From NCBI GenBank assembly GCA_948744995.1, contig CAPZCD010000001.1, forward strand, positions 1-39,844: a stretch of DNA of 39,844 nucleotides, in the 5' to 3' direction. The translations under genes were made by a program, and so were the position numbers. The notes under the pieces are model-generated. The model searched no databases and had not been told where the DNA came from. It saw only the letters and a list, made by a program, of their open reading frames with translations. Of the stretch, positions 29,101-37,232 are shown one piece after another. The stretch's first letter is position 1; the number at the start of each line of letters is the position of its first letter. The stretch comes from an uncultured Rickettsiales bacterium (GTDB lineage Bacteria; Pseudomonadota; Alphaproteobacteria; Rickettsiales; UBA1997).

Positions 29101-32100
29101 GTATTAGAAAATGGAAAGGTAAATCCTGAATTACTTACGGACGTAAATAATATAACAGACGAAATAGCAGAAAAGATAAGTGCATGTTATAAAGGTGGTT
29201 TTAATTATGCGGGTATTGTGCACGATTCTATAGATTCCAGCGAAGTAAAAACACAGTGTAAATGTAAAAACGTGACTACAGCGGAATTTTCAACTTATAA
29301 TAATGAAGTCTTAAAAATTAGAAGAATGACTCCGAGAGAATATGGGCTTTGTATTGACCTGAAAAAGCCTATCATATGCCCTGCCGTTAGATACTATGAT
29401 TCTACAAAAACATATGTTGATGACAATTTAGCGCTTGGTAAAACTCAAGAAGAAATGGATGAAAAAAGTGAACAAAAGTATTATGAACAGCATCTATGGC
29501 GAACAGCTGAAAAAATTGCTGGTATTATACCTAGTGTTTTCTATAGTAACACCCTAGGTCATGCGGAATTTCCAGCTAGTCTATATTGTGAAGACGAGAA
29601 AGATTGTTTGGGTGAATCTAAAAATGTGACCGGTTCTTGTTTGGGTTATTGGAAAAATGGTGATGCTATTCCAACCGCTACCTGCGAGGTTAAAACCTAT
29701 AAAAATAAAGAGAATGGAAAAATTAGAAATGTCTATGAATATAAGCTAAAAAATGGTACGGAATGTGTTAGATATAGATGCCCTGGTATTAGTGGCAACG
29801 ACTATTTAGACGAGTTTGAAATAGATAAAAATGCTTCTAATGTTTTTACAGCAGCAGAAATTACAGACTTTAATAATATAAATAGAACTGACTATAGAAG
29901 TTTTATCAATAATGAAGAAATTGATGTTTATTCTGTTGATAAGAGAGGTTTATCTAATGGTTTTGCTGCCTGGAGAGAACTAGAATCTGGTGATTTTGCT
30001 AAGGATAGATATGAAATTGAGGGTGATATTTTTGTAAATTGTCTAACCGGTTATGGTTTAGCTGGTTCAAATAATAGAATTTCGGATGCATTATTAAGTT
30101 TAAATACAGAATTAATAAGAGGTATAATTAAAGGAGAATGTTATTATAAAGTGGATAATAATGTATATCTCAATAATAATTTGCAACAACAACATATCAA
30201 AATATGTGAATCCGTTAGAAATGATATATATAAGTTTATATATAGTAACACTATTAATTTAACTAAAAACGCTTCAGAAACACCAAAAAAAGATAAACCA
30301 AAAAGATATTGTAACCAAAAAGGCGAGTGGATGCCGGTTGAAGATGTTTATAATAAAATGATCTTAGACAGCAGCAGTCTTGATAATAATTTATATCATA
30401 GTGGTGTGACAAATTTATGGCTTGATATCTTTAATAAAGAAAGAACTTATACTATTTCAAATGTTCTTGATGAAAATACTAGTTTAATAGATAAGGTCAG
30501 CCAATATGGTTATTGTGAGAGGTTGGTTTGTAGAGGAATAGAGCAACCGGATGAAAATTATTATATTGATGAATTTTTTAATGAAGAAAATGCAGATAGT
30601 AAAACTAAAGACATATATAAATTTTGGTTGCATTCAGGAGGTGCAAACTGGAAGGTTACTTCAGCCCCAAGAAATTCTTCAAATAAGATTACAAATGATG
30701 CCAATGCAGATCCTAATTCTAGTGAATTTTCTAGTAGAAGTTTAACAAACATATTCTCACTTGTAAGAGATAATGAATTTGATGATTATATTATAGGCAA
30801 TAAGTATAAATATCTAAAAAAGGTAAAAGGTGAATGTAGAAAAGAATTTGGTTATTATAATAGAGGTACAAGTTTTTCATTAACTGAGGTTGCTAAACAA
30901 GTTAGCGCAGTAAATTCCTTAGAAGCTGATGAAAATAGTAAAAAATGTACCTTAGATAAAGAATTATGCAAAAAAAGGTGTATCAATTTAGGTATTGATG
31001 CTAGTGATTGTAGTAAAAGATGCAGCGAGGATAATTTAGCATGTGAAAAATGTGTTGATTCCAGAAAAGCAACGAGTTTTGCTATAAATGGAAACGATGA
31101 ACCATATCGCGTATGTACCAGTGTAGGTGTATGGGGTGAAGTTAATAATAAATGCGTAAGATCGTGCGAGTTACTCCATTTATATAGAACAAATGTTAAT
31201 AGTGATTTGTATTCCTCTAATGAACAAATTAACATTAATGATATAAATAAAAATGAGTTAAAGATAGAAAATCATGATGTTATATCTTTTAATTCAGGAA
31301 ATATTAGTTATGAATATATGGAAGGTAGATTTTTAATGTACGATTTTAGAAATCCAAAATTAAAAAATGAGAGAAAATATACACAAGGAGACTCTATATT
31401 TGGAGGTGCTAACTGGCCAAGAAGTATTGTTAATGTGGATAATCCAGATGGATCTGATTGTGATAGTAACGGAAAATGTTTGAGATATGTAGAAGTTGAA
31501 GGAGTATGTAACAAAGAATATGATAAACAAGATGTAAGTGATCCTACCCAATATGGGAATAGCACAGTTGATTCTTATGGTAATCCAAAAGGACCAACAA
31601 GAAAATGTTATGAAGATGGAACCTGGGGCCCAATTTCTAATAAGTGCTTTTTAGAAAAGACTTGTGCCATATTATTTTTATCTGTTTCAGATATAGCGGA
31701 TCTTATAGCAAAATATAATAATGCAAATACTAATCTAAATGATTTAAACCATGCTATAAGTGATATATATGCCGAACATTTAGGTGAGAAAAATGAAAGA
31801 TCAGGGTTACTAACAATTGATACTAATAATGGTTTAGTTGGTTATCCCATAAGTTGTAATGGTGTTGTAGATAATACTATTAATGGTTTTGAATCTATAA
31901 AAGTGGAAGGTTTAAGACAAACATATTGCAGCTCCCCTGGTTGTTGTGAAAATGCAGTGTCAATGGTTTGCAATAGTTCTGGAGAATCATGTGCTAATGG
32001 TGTTTGTCATATTGCCGGTTGGTCATTTAACACATTGGAATTAGAAAAATACTTTATTCCAAAAACTTGTAATATATCTTTAAAAAGAGATCCGGAAGAT

Positions 32101-35100
32101 AATAATATTTATTATAAAATTTATGGTACACCAAACACTGTTTTTAGCGATAGTAATGATTTGTTTAATAAAATAGATAGACTAAATTTTGGGTTTGCTG
32201 GTAAAATTAGTAATTATCCAATAAAGAATTCAGCTAAACATTACACAAAAGAAAGCCAATTTGATTCAGTTTATAATAAAATAAATAATGCTACAAACAG
32301 TAATTATAAGGTTAAAAAAACGGGTGATACTAGTACTGGTGTTGATATTGCTATTCCTGCTCTATACGATAAGACTGTTAATATTAATGGTTCCATAGGA
32401 GGAAGAAGTGGAAGTAACAAAGTATATTACTCTCACCAAATATATGCAACCTGTGATAATAGATATTTTTATAATGAAGTTTCTGGAAATGATTATTATA
32501 ACAAATTAGCCATTTTCTCTTGTCAGGGAGAAAGTGGTAATCTTAGATTTAAACCAGAATATACAGATGGTGACTATATATTAAAATCTGAAACATCACC
32601 TGCTGATGCCTGCAAGCCAAAAACTTGCGGTAGTAATTCTTATCAAATAGGTTGGTCCTTAAGTCAAGTCAAAGAATTTGTTGATAATAATGCCAAAGAA
32701 TATAATAATGATAAGAATAATAATACTGAGGAATATAACAATAAAAAGTACGAGGGGCTTAATAAATTTTCACAATTAACGTGTCCAGATAAATATGCTT
32801 TTGTCATAAAAAAAGATACAGATAATAAACTTGATGATAGTCTTAATGTTGGAAGTTATTTTTCTTCTAATAATGAAAGTTATGAAGCCGATGGCCTTGT
32901 GAGTTCTTTAAAACTTACCTGTACTGCAAAAAGATCCGAAAATGCATATACTAATACTAATGAACCACAGGAAGTTTGGAATAGTAATTCATCATTTAAG
33001 ATAATAAATGGTAAAACTGCTAATAATGCATATGATGCCAACAGATATGGAGATTTACAGTATAACGATTTACCTAAGACTTTCTGCAAAGATATAGCCA
33101 AAAATGATTGTAAGACAGTAACAGAGACAGAAATTATAAATAATGGTGATATTTTCTCACGTAATGCTGATGATAATACAAATCCTGGATACTGTGTTAG
33201 AATGGGCTGTCCTAGATTAAATTTAAAAATTGTTAAGGATGAAGATACTTTAAAAGCAACACAAGCTGGAAATTCTACTTCCTCTAACACTTTTTCTGAT
33301 ATACCGGGAACTTTTACTTTACCTTTAAAATATGGAAATGATGATACTAATAACTATTATGATTTTGGTGATGTTGTCGTTATTCAGTCGTTGGATGGAG
33401 ACTATAGCGAAAATGACTGTCCATCTGATATATGTGGAGATGATAAATATATTAAAAAATTTGTCCAATATACTAGCGCTGGAGTAGGAAATGGACAAAT
33501 AGGAAGTAGTTTATGCGGATATAATCAAGATATATATAATGATGGAGGTAGCGATAAATTTAGTTATAATTATTATTTTGACCTTAAAAAAAATGAAGAT
33601 AGAAAGGAAGATATTTCAAATTGTTTTAATAATTTATCTTCAAAAGATTCATTAAGTAAGACAAATGTCGGTGGTTATACAAAAATTAATGATTCATTAT
33701 ATGTAAAATATAGAGATGATTATAAAAGTGAAATAAATGTAATTAACAATGTTAAGTCTTTAGCTAACTATACTGTAACAAGAGATAATGATGATATAAA
33801 AGGCAAAGCTAACGACCTTTTCAAGAAATATACTTTTGATAAGATTAGTATCAGTAATGGTGAAATAAATAATAATGTTAGTGAAAAATTAAGTTCATTA
33901 CGAGAATTTGTCGATGGTCAGATTAAAACTATTAATGATTATGCCGTTGGAGAAGCGAAAAAACTATCAAATGGTACTAATACTAACGTTAGCTATCACT
34001 GCTTGTATGATGATGAAGTCACAAGCTTGAATACAGGCAATGGAATTAGATTTACCAGTACAGGACATGGACTATTCAAGTGTGGAACTAGCTCTTGTAA
34101 AGATAAAGAAGTGATTTTTATTAAAAATGGTGATGATAAATGTAAAAAAACTGTTACTAATGGTGATAAACAAGAAACAGTATCTGGTTCATATTATTTG
34201 AATGTCAATGATTTTGAGACAAAATTTAATACTGAAGCCGAAGCAAAACGCAAAAATTTAAGTGATAATTTTAAGGCAAGTGATAGTACTGATGCAACTG
34301 TAAAATCATTGTATACTGAGTATTATGATTTTTATTTAGCTGAAAGTTATTTTAAGGCGGAAGGAAATGCTTGTAGAATAAAATATTACAATAGTTTTAT
34401 ATCCGAAATAATTGGTTCGGTGGCAGAAGAAGATGGAGTAACTGATCCAATAATACAAAAAATATCTAAAATGACTACTCCAAAGGGACAAGTTTATGTA
34501 ATGAAAAGTGATGGTGAAATAATAATGAATTTTGAAGGTACAGAAGATGATATTGATGAAACAACAAACTCTATAGACTGTTCCAAAATTGAGATTAAAG
34601 AAGAAGATAGTATAGTATTTGCATATCCTATTGATGAAAATGGGAATATTTCTTTCGCTAACTATGAAAAATACATTAATAATGATGGTGTGATTTGCAA
34701 AAATTATTCAGTAAACGATGATGGAGTTGAGACTATAAAGGATTGTAATAATTCAATCTCAATTCCAAATGAAGTTATGGAAGAATATGAAAATTACTAT
34801 TTAAATATTTTTGAAAAAATTAAACCAGTTATAAATGATCATAATGAATATTATAAGAAAAAATATCAGGATGAAGAAAATAAATGTAAAGAATTTTATA
34901 GTGATTTTTTAGATGAAAAGTCTAAATTTGGTACAAGTTATACAAATACAATTAAAAATGGTCTGTTTATGGCTATGAAGTGTACTCCTGAAGGCTGGAT
35001 TGTTCAAGGTAAACCTAGTTGTAAGAAGAGATGCAGCAGTCATGCAGATTTTAGAATTGACCCAGATGGTGCTGGAGATTTTGACATTACAATAAAAATT

Positions 35101-35592
35101 GATAATTTAAGACATTCAATAAATACTGGTATGATAGAAGTAGGGGCTCACAGAGGTTTAGCTAATTGTTCTGCAGCATTGAGTAAGGTATATGGTAGAA
35201 ATGGGGCGTCATTTTCATGCAACAATGGAGAAATGACAACAAATTTGCTTACCACAAAAGAGGGTGGCGTTTTAAAAAATGGCTATAAATACCACAGCAA
35301 TGGATTAGCATGGCATATATATTGTAGTGGTACATTTAGTGCCTTTGGAATAACAACCCAAAGAAATGCCGATGTTGGTGGTTTTTTTCATACTGTCGAA
35401 TGTAATAAAAATGATAGCTTCTGTTGGCGAGACCATTATGAAAATGATGTTGCTGTTTTGTGTCCTAATAGTAAGGATGTACATAAACTAGTTCATTCAT
35501 GCGACACATTTTATAATTGTATTAATGATCACAAATGTGATACTAAATTTGATACTGTTACAACTGTAAATTATGAAGCTAATTTTCATTAA
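23179..35592 (+). CDS. giant (4137 aa) cysteine-rich membrane-anchored protein, function unknown
   Basis: This is an uninterrupted 12,414-nt ORF. It has an N-terminal hydrophobic anchor/signal (RIFSFFRCLASVFIILISVNGGIFG). Cys occurs roughly every 15-25 residues along the whole length. A central 62-residue hydrophobic block spans aa 1155-1216. Motifs of the form C-x3-4-G-x-W-x5-8-C-x2-4-C and C-x2-5-C-(D/S/P)-L recur. All antisense ORFs are short. Confidence 0.9.
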   Translation: MKNKQCFFGKCRIFSFFRCLASVFIILISVNGGIFGVTLPNCNVDINGVDDNLIPDLIQLATTGNNTNKLFLIVKKDEFDKGNMCYTATDSYVKCDNARIKGVGDCTDNIVCESGYSVSCESNNNVTTCKCKKGTETKDFTGKGNCTDFNNYISCESKDTSLDKACYPENHICLKYGSYYKNNEMLYKKDVQNENDKFYVYKKNIINSGTNKNCEFYVFPCDYKIRNESAPALNAWQNQVNLVVSGTANDNNKLFVKNIFGSLGNMSFFIQAGECDISNGTCSGNCSRDSGDNQCSTAEVIKKSYYYKYYDSNRNVLFYYEKNIATGKENNIGRICNKYLPNCVDLRPNDSMVVLYQNKSNISKLENNTKARIDFYKNNIGDGFSVNEANLYYLSSPGAADALCLSKEGAGNIDIGYCSDIGKNGSLKYRYGLTLAYFKKDNTVKPNCYLKSCIDLTPEEFEVIKREGAIDKKYCSEYYWLSNSKSLKYFPKEKPIYCSDIENGHLKFSLLHEMKNFCTDYDDEGKCKSEKDIKYYAGGGLDREKGNCYVKNCYSLTKDERKLVADAKINNIGLEIERACPEGSNCDYQNNFKSDNIPVYCDNGFLFNKDTPGYTNFEPINLNVIPCYEFQKEQLNNIGAERVLLFTELIGKDGKHGMGDKKYNTDLALKKEDSDSRFVFCRTHYVPLNLIKKAEDNGTKASFLRTRVILANEEDKAGNINIYSYENKKTLEDFGIKYFHDDMGYQKVKFTSRKLDEFKDVNNYMNILSFVDNVFPYYNADLAGMQSSDIFNGNEIIGFKINAVKQKNSVFFDCLNDENRKKQKQSKDDDLIKDENCKDCVGGKDGDSQEKCLYNKKNKDNEKICMKYVPLDYECKRECCDGKDSITENYCYIEDFAKEKMSNANFYIAETDNTGYLDCPVYAYAAAGSEEYKKFTNGIIGDFLEEVGKDKLDIIKAACDDLLPIVDDRKLPEASILQQLIKPNKVDINFSNSSGSPGKHDLERYGCTKFNEVNLYTHGLYGCKLPDIDSSYFNTILNPVNLYNGSEKPTEQKITDLSVCSRYQNDVLGESSKCGQREGSQYRDKCLDFSLDVSDRNSNTLDDSPQKSKWIFEESTGGSRFRTFRENRDIYAIRDFHTYHYCSATENFEGKDDKGAAYVYAAGFTAGAAIGTVACPIGCIPGCIFALFATGACIAICIPVCIVATAAVTGAIYLAARYDQWNLNLQNDLQIARGYNLNNYQNKGFITPTLVTDNNNYIYRFYSRSDDIEEDLANKLNANSEYFKENTLGIDILKKCGISVIPKDSTGEVINFGLLELTKSEHDDNMGYNFSYKIKKFEDDGKVSIDDCGESDIKNCLNEKQRKCVEGYGVSFFDGNFIKYINKNFMLNEGGFLKRYNKGDIAKDDWGSLASPSNKNRDWLPVDIIYNTLDTQSEDDIKQNGNCKIGLFGDPIGDLSRCRGFSLNCKNGSDKDKVICNKLGTEFSEVQTFFTESQALKLPLAGHPFFFYTLLTPKNTPEMFDPSIFVEEFCKYSTDAFSCKEGKSMTPNDGLNKLVLNFFEPILKIGYEYNGGIANNDFKNHFTQYNNFISYISSLNNSSPDNYSYSCPYQVKYKSNYIQTERQYTYVLHRTFEQGAHDEYIPKVCLYRIVNVEGSNSVNTIYNFYIDNKCSKKDGVLQKNGYIIIDNNVMCFPRAPLSFDNLVLAESPDINYNRPYINSKITDKNSGTDYKLMQSDGSDDIMDFGESRDLGFGLNFTRSYCSKLYYDYYKYVDQLEKGGDTLDQATINRINKSINSIESYVRSDCDKENGYESEFLINESEMKSKIDDENKNIPDSEVVFKETVIVRKNNSAYGGFNELCVSDYDIDNIFSINKEYAISDELTDFPEVFAFASDNNDGVDTKCLLSDSSREDTSCMVTDRFAYLYLTKAEEENYSVNCEDGKCKKGVSGCNEEQCRLYVNVDSLERIPLKKYECVLENGKVNPELLTDVNNITDEIAEKISACYKGGFNYAGIVHDSIDSSEVKTQCKCKNVTTAEFSTYNNEVLKIRRMTPREYGLCIDLKKPIICPAVRYYDSTKTYVDDNLALGKTQEEMDEKSEQKYYEQHLWRTAEKIAGIIPSVFYSNTLGHAEFPASLYCEDEKDCLGESKNVTGSCLGYWKNGDAIPTATCEVKTYKNKENGKIRNVYEYKLKNGTECVRYRCPGISGNDYLDEFEIDKNASNVFTAAEITDFNNINRTDYRSFINNEEIDVYSVDKRGLSNGFAAWRELESGDFAKDRYEIEGDIFVNCLTGYGLAGSNNRISDALLSLNTELIRGIIKGECYYKVDNNVYLNNNLQQQHIKICESVRNDIYKFIYSNTINLTKNASETPKKDKPKRYCNQKGEWMPVEDVYNKMILDSSSLDNNLYHSGVTNLWLDIFNKERTYTISNVLDENTSLIDKVSQYGYCERLVCRGIEQPDENYYIDEFFNEENADSKTKDIYKFWLHSGGANWKVTSAPRNSSNKITNDANADPNSSEFSSRSLTNIFSLVRDNEFDDYIIGNKYKYLKKVKGECRKEFGYYNRGTSFSLTEVAKQVSAVNSLEADENSKKCTLDKELCKKRCINLGIDASDCSKRCSEDNLACEKCVDSRKATSFAINGNDEPYRVCTSVGVWGEVNNKCVRSCELLHLYRTNVNSDLYSSNEQININDINKNELKIENHDVISFNSGNISYEYMEGRFLMYDFRNPKLKNERKYTQGDSIFGGANWPRSIVNVDNPDGSDCDSNGKCLRYVEVEGVCNKEYDKQDVSDPTQYGNSTVDSYGNPKGPTRKCYEDGTWGPISNKCFLEKTCAILFLSVSDIADLIAKYNNANTNLNDLNHAISDIYAEHLGEKNERSGLLTIDTNNGLVGYPISCNGVVDNTINGFESIKVEGLRQTYCSSPGCCENAVSMVCNSSGESCANGVCHIAGWSFNTLELEKYFIPKTCNISLKRDPEDNNIYYKIYGTPNTVFSDSNDLFNKIDRLNFGFAGKISNYPIKNSAKHYTKESQFDSVYNKINNATNSNYKVKKTGDTSTGVDIAIPALYDKTVNINGSIGGRSGSNKVYYSHQIYATCDNRYFYNEVSGNDYYNKLAIFSCQGESGNLRFKPEYTDGDYILKSETSPADACKPKTCGSNSYQIGWSLSQVKEFVDNNAKEYNNDKNNNTEEYNNKKYEGLNKFSQLTCPDKYAFVIKKDTDNKLDDSLNVGSYFSSNNESYEADGLVSSLKLTCTAKRSENAYTNTNEPQEVWNSNSSFKIINGKTANNAYDANRYGDLQYNDLPKTFCKDIAKNDCKTVTETEIINNGDIFSRNADDNTNPGYCVRMGCPRLNLKIVKDEDTLKATQAGNSTSSNTFSDIPGTFTLPLKYGNDDTNNYYDFGDVVVIQSLDGDYSENDCPSDICGDDKYIKKFVQYTSAGVGNGQIGSSLCGYNQDIYNDGGSDKFSYNYYFDLKKNEDRKEDISNCFNNLSSKDSLSKTNVGGYTKINDSLYVKYRDDYKSEINVINNVKSLANYTVTRDNDDIKGKANDLFKKYTFDKISISNGEINNNVSEKLSSLREFVDGQIKTINDYAVGEAKKLSNGTNTNVSYHCLYDDEVTSLNTGNGIRFTSTGHGLFKCGTSSCKDKEVIFIKNGDDKCKKTVTNGDKQETVSGSYYLNVNDFETKFNTEAEAKRKNLSDNFKASDSTDATVKSLYTEYYDFYLAESYFKAEGNACRIKYYNSFISEIIGSVAEEDGVTDPIIQKISKMTTPKGQVYVMKSDGEIIMNFEGTEDDIDETTNSIDCSKIEIKEEDSIVFAYPIDENGNISFANYEKYINNDGVICKNYSVNDDGVETIKDCNNSISIPNEVMEEYENYYLNIFEKIKPVINDHNEYYKKKYQDEENKCKEFYSDFLDEKSKFGTSYTNTIKNGLFMAMKCTPEGWIVQGKPSCKKRCSSHADFRIDPDGAGDFDITIKIDNLRHSINTGMIEVGAHRGLANCSAALSKVYGRNGASFSCNNGEMTTNLLTTKEGGVLKNGYKYHSNGLAWHIYCSGTFSAFGITTQRNADVGGFFHTVECNKNDSFCWRDHYENDVAVLCPNSKDVHKLVHSCDTFYNCINDHKCDTKFDTVTTVNYEANFH

Positions 35593-35612
35593 TAAAAGTA
35601 TATGGTTAATTT

Positions 35613-36293
35613 ATGTCCCCCACAAACCACCGCCAGAACCTCAGAAAAAGATTTTCAATCTCAAAAGAATCATTACCAGATTATGAGTTGCTAGAGATGC
35701 TACTATTTCTAGCAATTCCACGCAAAGACACCAAACCACTAGCCAAGATGCTTTTGAAAAAATTTTGTAGCCTAGATGGCGTAATAAATGCCGATAAGGA
35801 TCAACTTTTAAGTATTGACGGAATAGGAGAAGCTACAGTGAATCTCCTGCAACTTATACACGAAATATTAGTTCGCATAGCTGTTAGTGATCTGAAGAAA
35901 AATAGACTAACACTTGATAATTTTGTTAAAGTTGAAAAATATTGCAGAACTAGGATCGGAGGCATGGTTAAGGAGGAGATGCTAGTCCTATTTTTTAATG
36001 GCAGGATGGAACTCGTAAATGAGGAAATCATAAATACCGGTAACCACAGTGAAGTCAAGGTCTATAAGAATATGATAATAGCTAAAGCTACACAAAATGG
36101 TGCCTGCGGAATTATATTGGTTCATAATCATCCATCCGGTAATTGTGAGCCGTCACTTGCAGATATAAAAGTTACAAAAGAGCTTAAGGAAATATTGGAT
36201 CAACTTGAGTTGAAGCTTTTTGACCATATAATTGTTTCTAGTAAAGGTAGTTATAGCTTCCACAAAAATAGACTTGTGATTGATAATTTTTAG
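35613..36293 (+). CDS. radC: RadC-family JAB/MPN domain protein
   Basis: 226 aa with an N-terminal HhH-like region (YELLEMLL..LL..F.SL..V..A....L..I.GIGE) and the C-terminal JAMM motif ILVHNHPSGNCEPSLADIKVTKEL. It starts 20 nt after the giant ORF stop. Confidence 0.9.
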   Translation: MSPTNHRQNLRKRFSISKESLPDYELLEMLLFLAIPRKDTKPLAKMLLKKFCSLDGVINADKDQLLSIDGIGEATVNLLQLIHEILVRIAVSDLKKNRLTLDNFVKVEKYCRTRIGGMVKEEMLVLFFNGRMELVNEEIINTGNHSEVKVYKNMIIAKATQNGACGIILVHNHPSGNCEPSLADIKVTKELKEILDQLELKLFDHIIVSSKGSYSFHKNRLVIDNF

Positions 36294-36310
36294 TTATAAA
36301 TATCCCAAAA
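36258..36310. repeat. direct repeat, left copy (3' end of radC)
   Basis: TTCCACAAAAATAGACTTGTGATTGATAATTTTTAGTTATAAATATCCCAAAA matches 37031-37084 at about 45 of 54 positions by eye. The two copies bracket the fic gene. Confidence 0.8.
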
Positions 36311-36320
36311 CATATTTTAC

Positions 36321-36932
36321 TTATTTTTTAATATTATCAATTTCAAAATTACTATAACCTTCAAAAAAATAACTAATATCAATACCTTTCATATAAATCT
36401 CTCTGCTGTCTACGTCAGATGTTAGCGCATTTTTTAACAAACATTTTAGTTCTATATCTTTTATAACACTTCTTTCCATTGCAGACAAATACTCCTCTTT
36501 ATCAACCAAACTCCAATTAATAACTTTTTTTATTTCCTTTTTTAAAATTAAATCAAGCCAAATCCTTGTGCTTCTGCCGTTCCCTTCTCTAAAAGGATGT
36601 GCTACGTTCATTTCTACATATTTTTCAATTATTTGGTCATAATTATTTTGTGGCATTTTTTCAATATTTTCTAAGGATTGTTCCAGATACATTATAGGAG
36701 CAAAGCGAAAATTACTTTTTGAGATATTTACATCCCTTATTTTCCCGGCAAAATAATATATATCTTCAAATAAATACTTATGTATTTGTGATAAACCTTT
36801 AAATGTCCTTATTTCAATTTTATTTATATCCCCACTATCAAATAATTTTTTTGCTTTTTGTTTTGTAATTTCTTCTTCAACTTTATTCAATTTAATTTGA
36901 TTTGCTATATTTAATTTATTTTCTAAAACCAT
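36321..36932 (-). CDS. fic: Fic-domain protein (AMPylase type) with C-terminal auto-inhibitory motif (class III-like)
   Basis: 203 aa with the canonical Fic motif [12 protein letters not shown] (HxFx(D/E)GNGRxxR). The C-terminal ..DISYFFEGY.. fits the (S/T)xxxE(G/N) inhibitory helix motif at S187-E191-G192. Confidence 0.9.
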   Translation of the reverse strand: MVLENKLNIANQIKLNKVEEEITKQKAKKLFDSGDINKIEIRTFKGLSQIHKYLFEDIYYFAGKIRDVNISKSNFRFAPIMYLEQSLENIEKMPQNNYDQIIEKYVEMNVAHPFREGNGRSTRIWLDLILKKEIKKVINWSLVDKEEYLSAMERSVIKDIELKCLLKNALTSDVDSREIYMKGIDISYFFEGYSNFEIDNIKK

Positions 36933-37030
36933 AAATATATTTGGCTGGATTAATTACTTTTAGTATATAAAGTTGGCTAATAAGGTCAAGATATTAGTTT
37001 TGCTTTATTAGACTTTCTATATAAAAAAAT

Positions 37031-37084
37031 TTCCATAAAAACAAACTTATGGTTGATAATTTTTAGTCATAAATATCTCAAAAA
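37031..37084. repeat. direct repeat, right copy (relic radC 3' end)
   Basis: TTCCATAAAAACAAACTTATGGTTGATAATTTTTAGTCATAAATATCTCAAAA would encode FHKNKLMVDNF*. The radC tail is FHKNRLVIDNF*. Confidence 0.8.
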
Positions 37085-37232
37085 TAACTATATAAATACT
37101 AAAAATAAGCTTATTTTTAGCCATGTTGAAAAATCAACCTGCTTTTATGTCAATATACTTTTATTAATATAATTTAATTTTATGTTCTTGTAATGAATTA
37201 TTTTATAGCTTATCATGTACTCATGAGTATTT

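Noticed and set aside
37125-37138. An FNR/CRP-type box upstream of nrdD (GTTGAAAAATCAAC).
   Set aside because: The half-site spacing is TTGA-N4-TCAA rather than the TTGA-N6-TCAA implied by TTGAT-N4-ATCAA. I keep it only as an unassigned palindrome.
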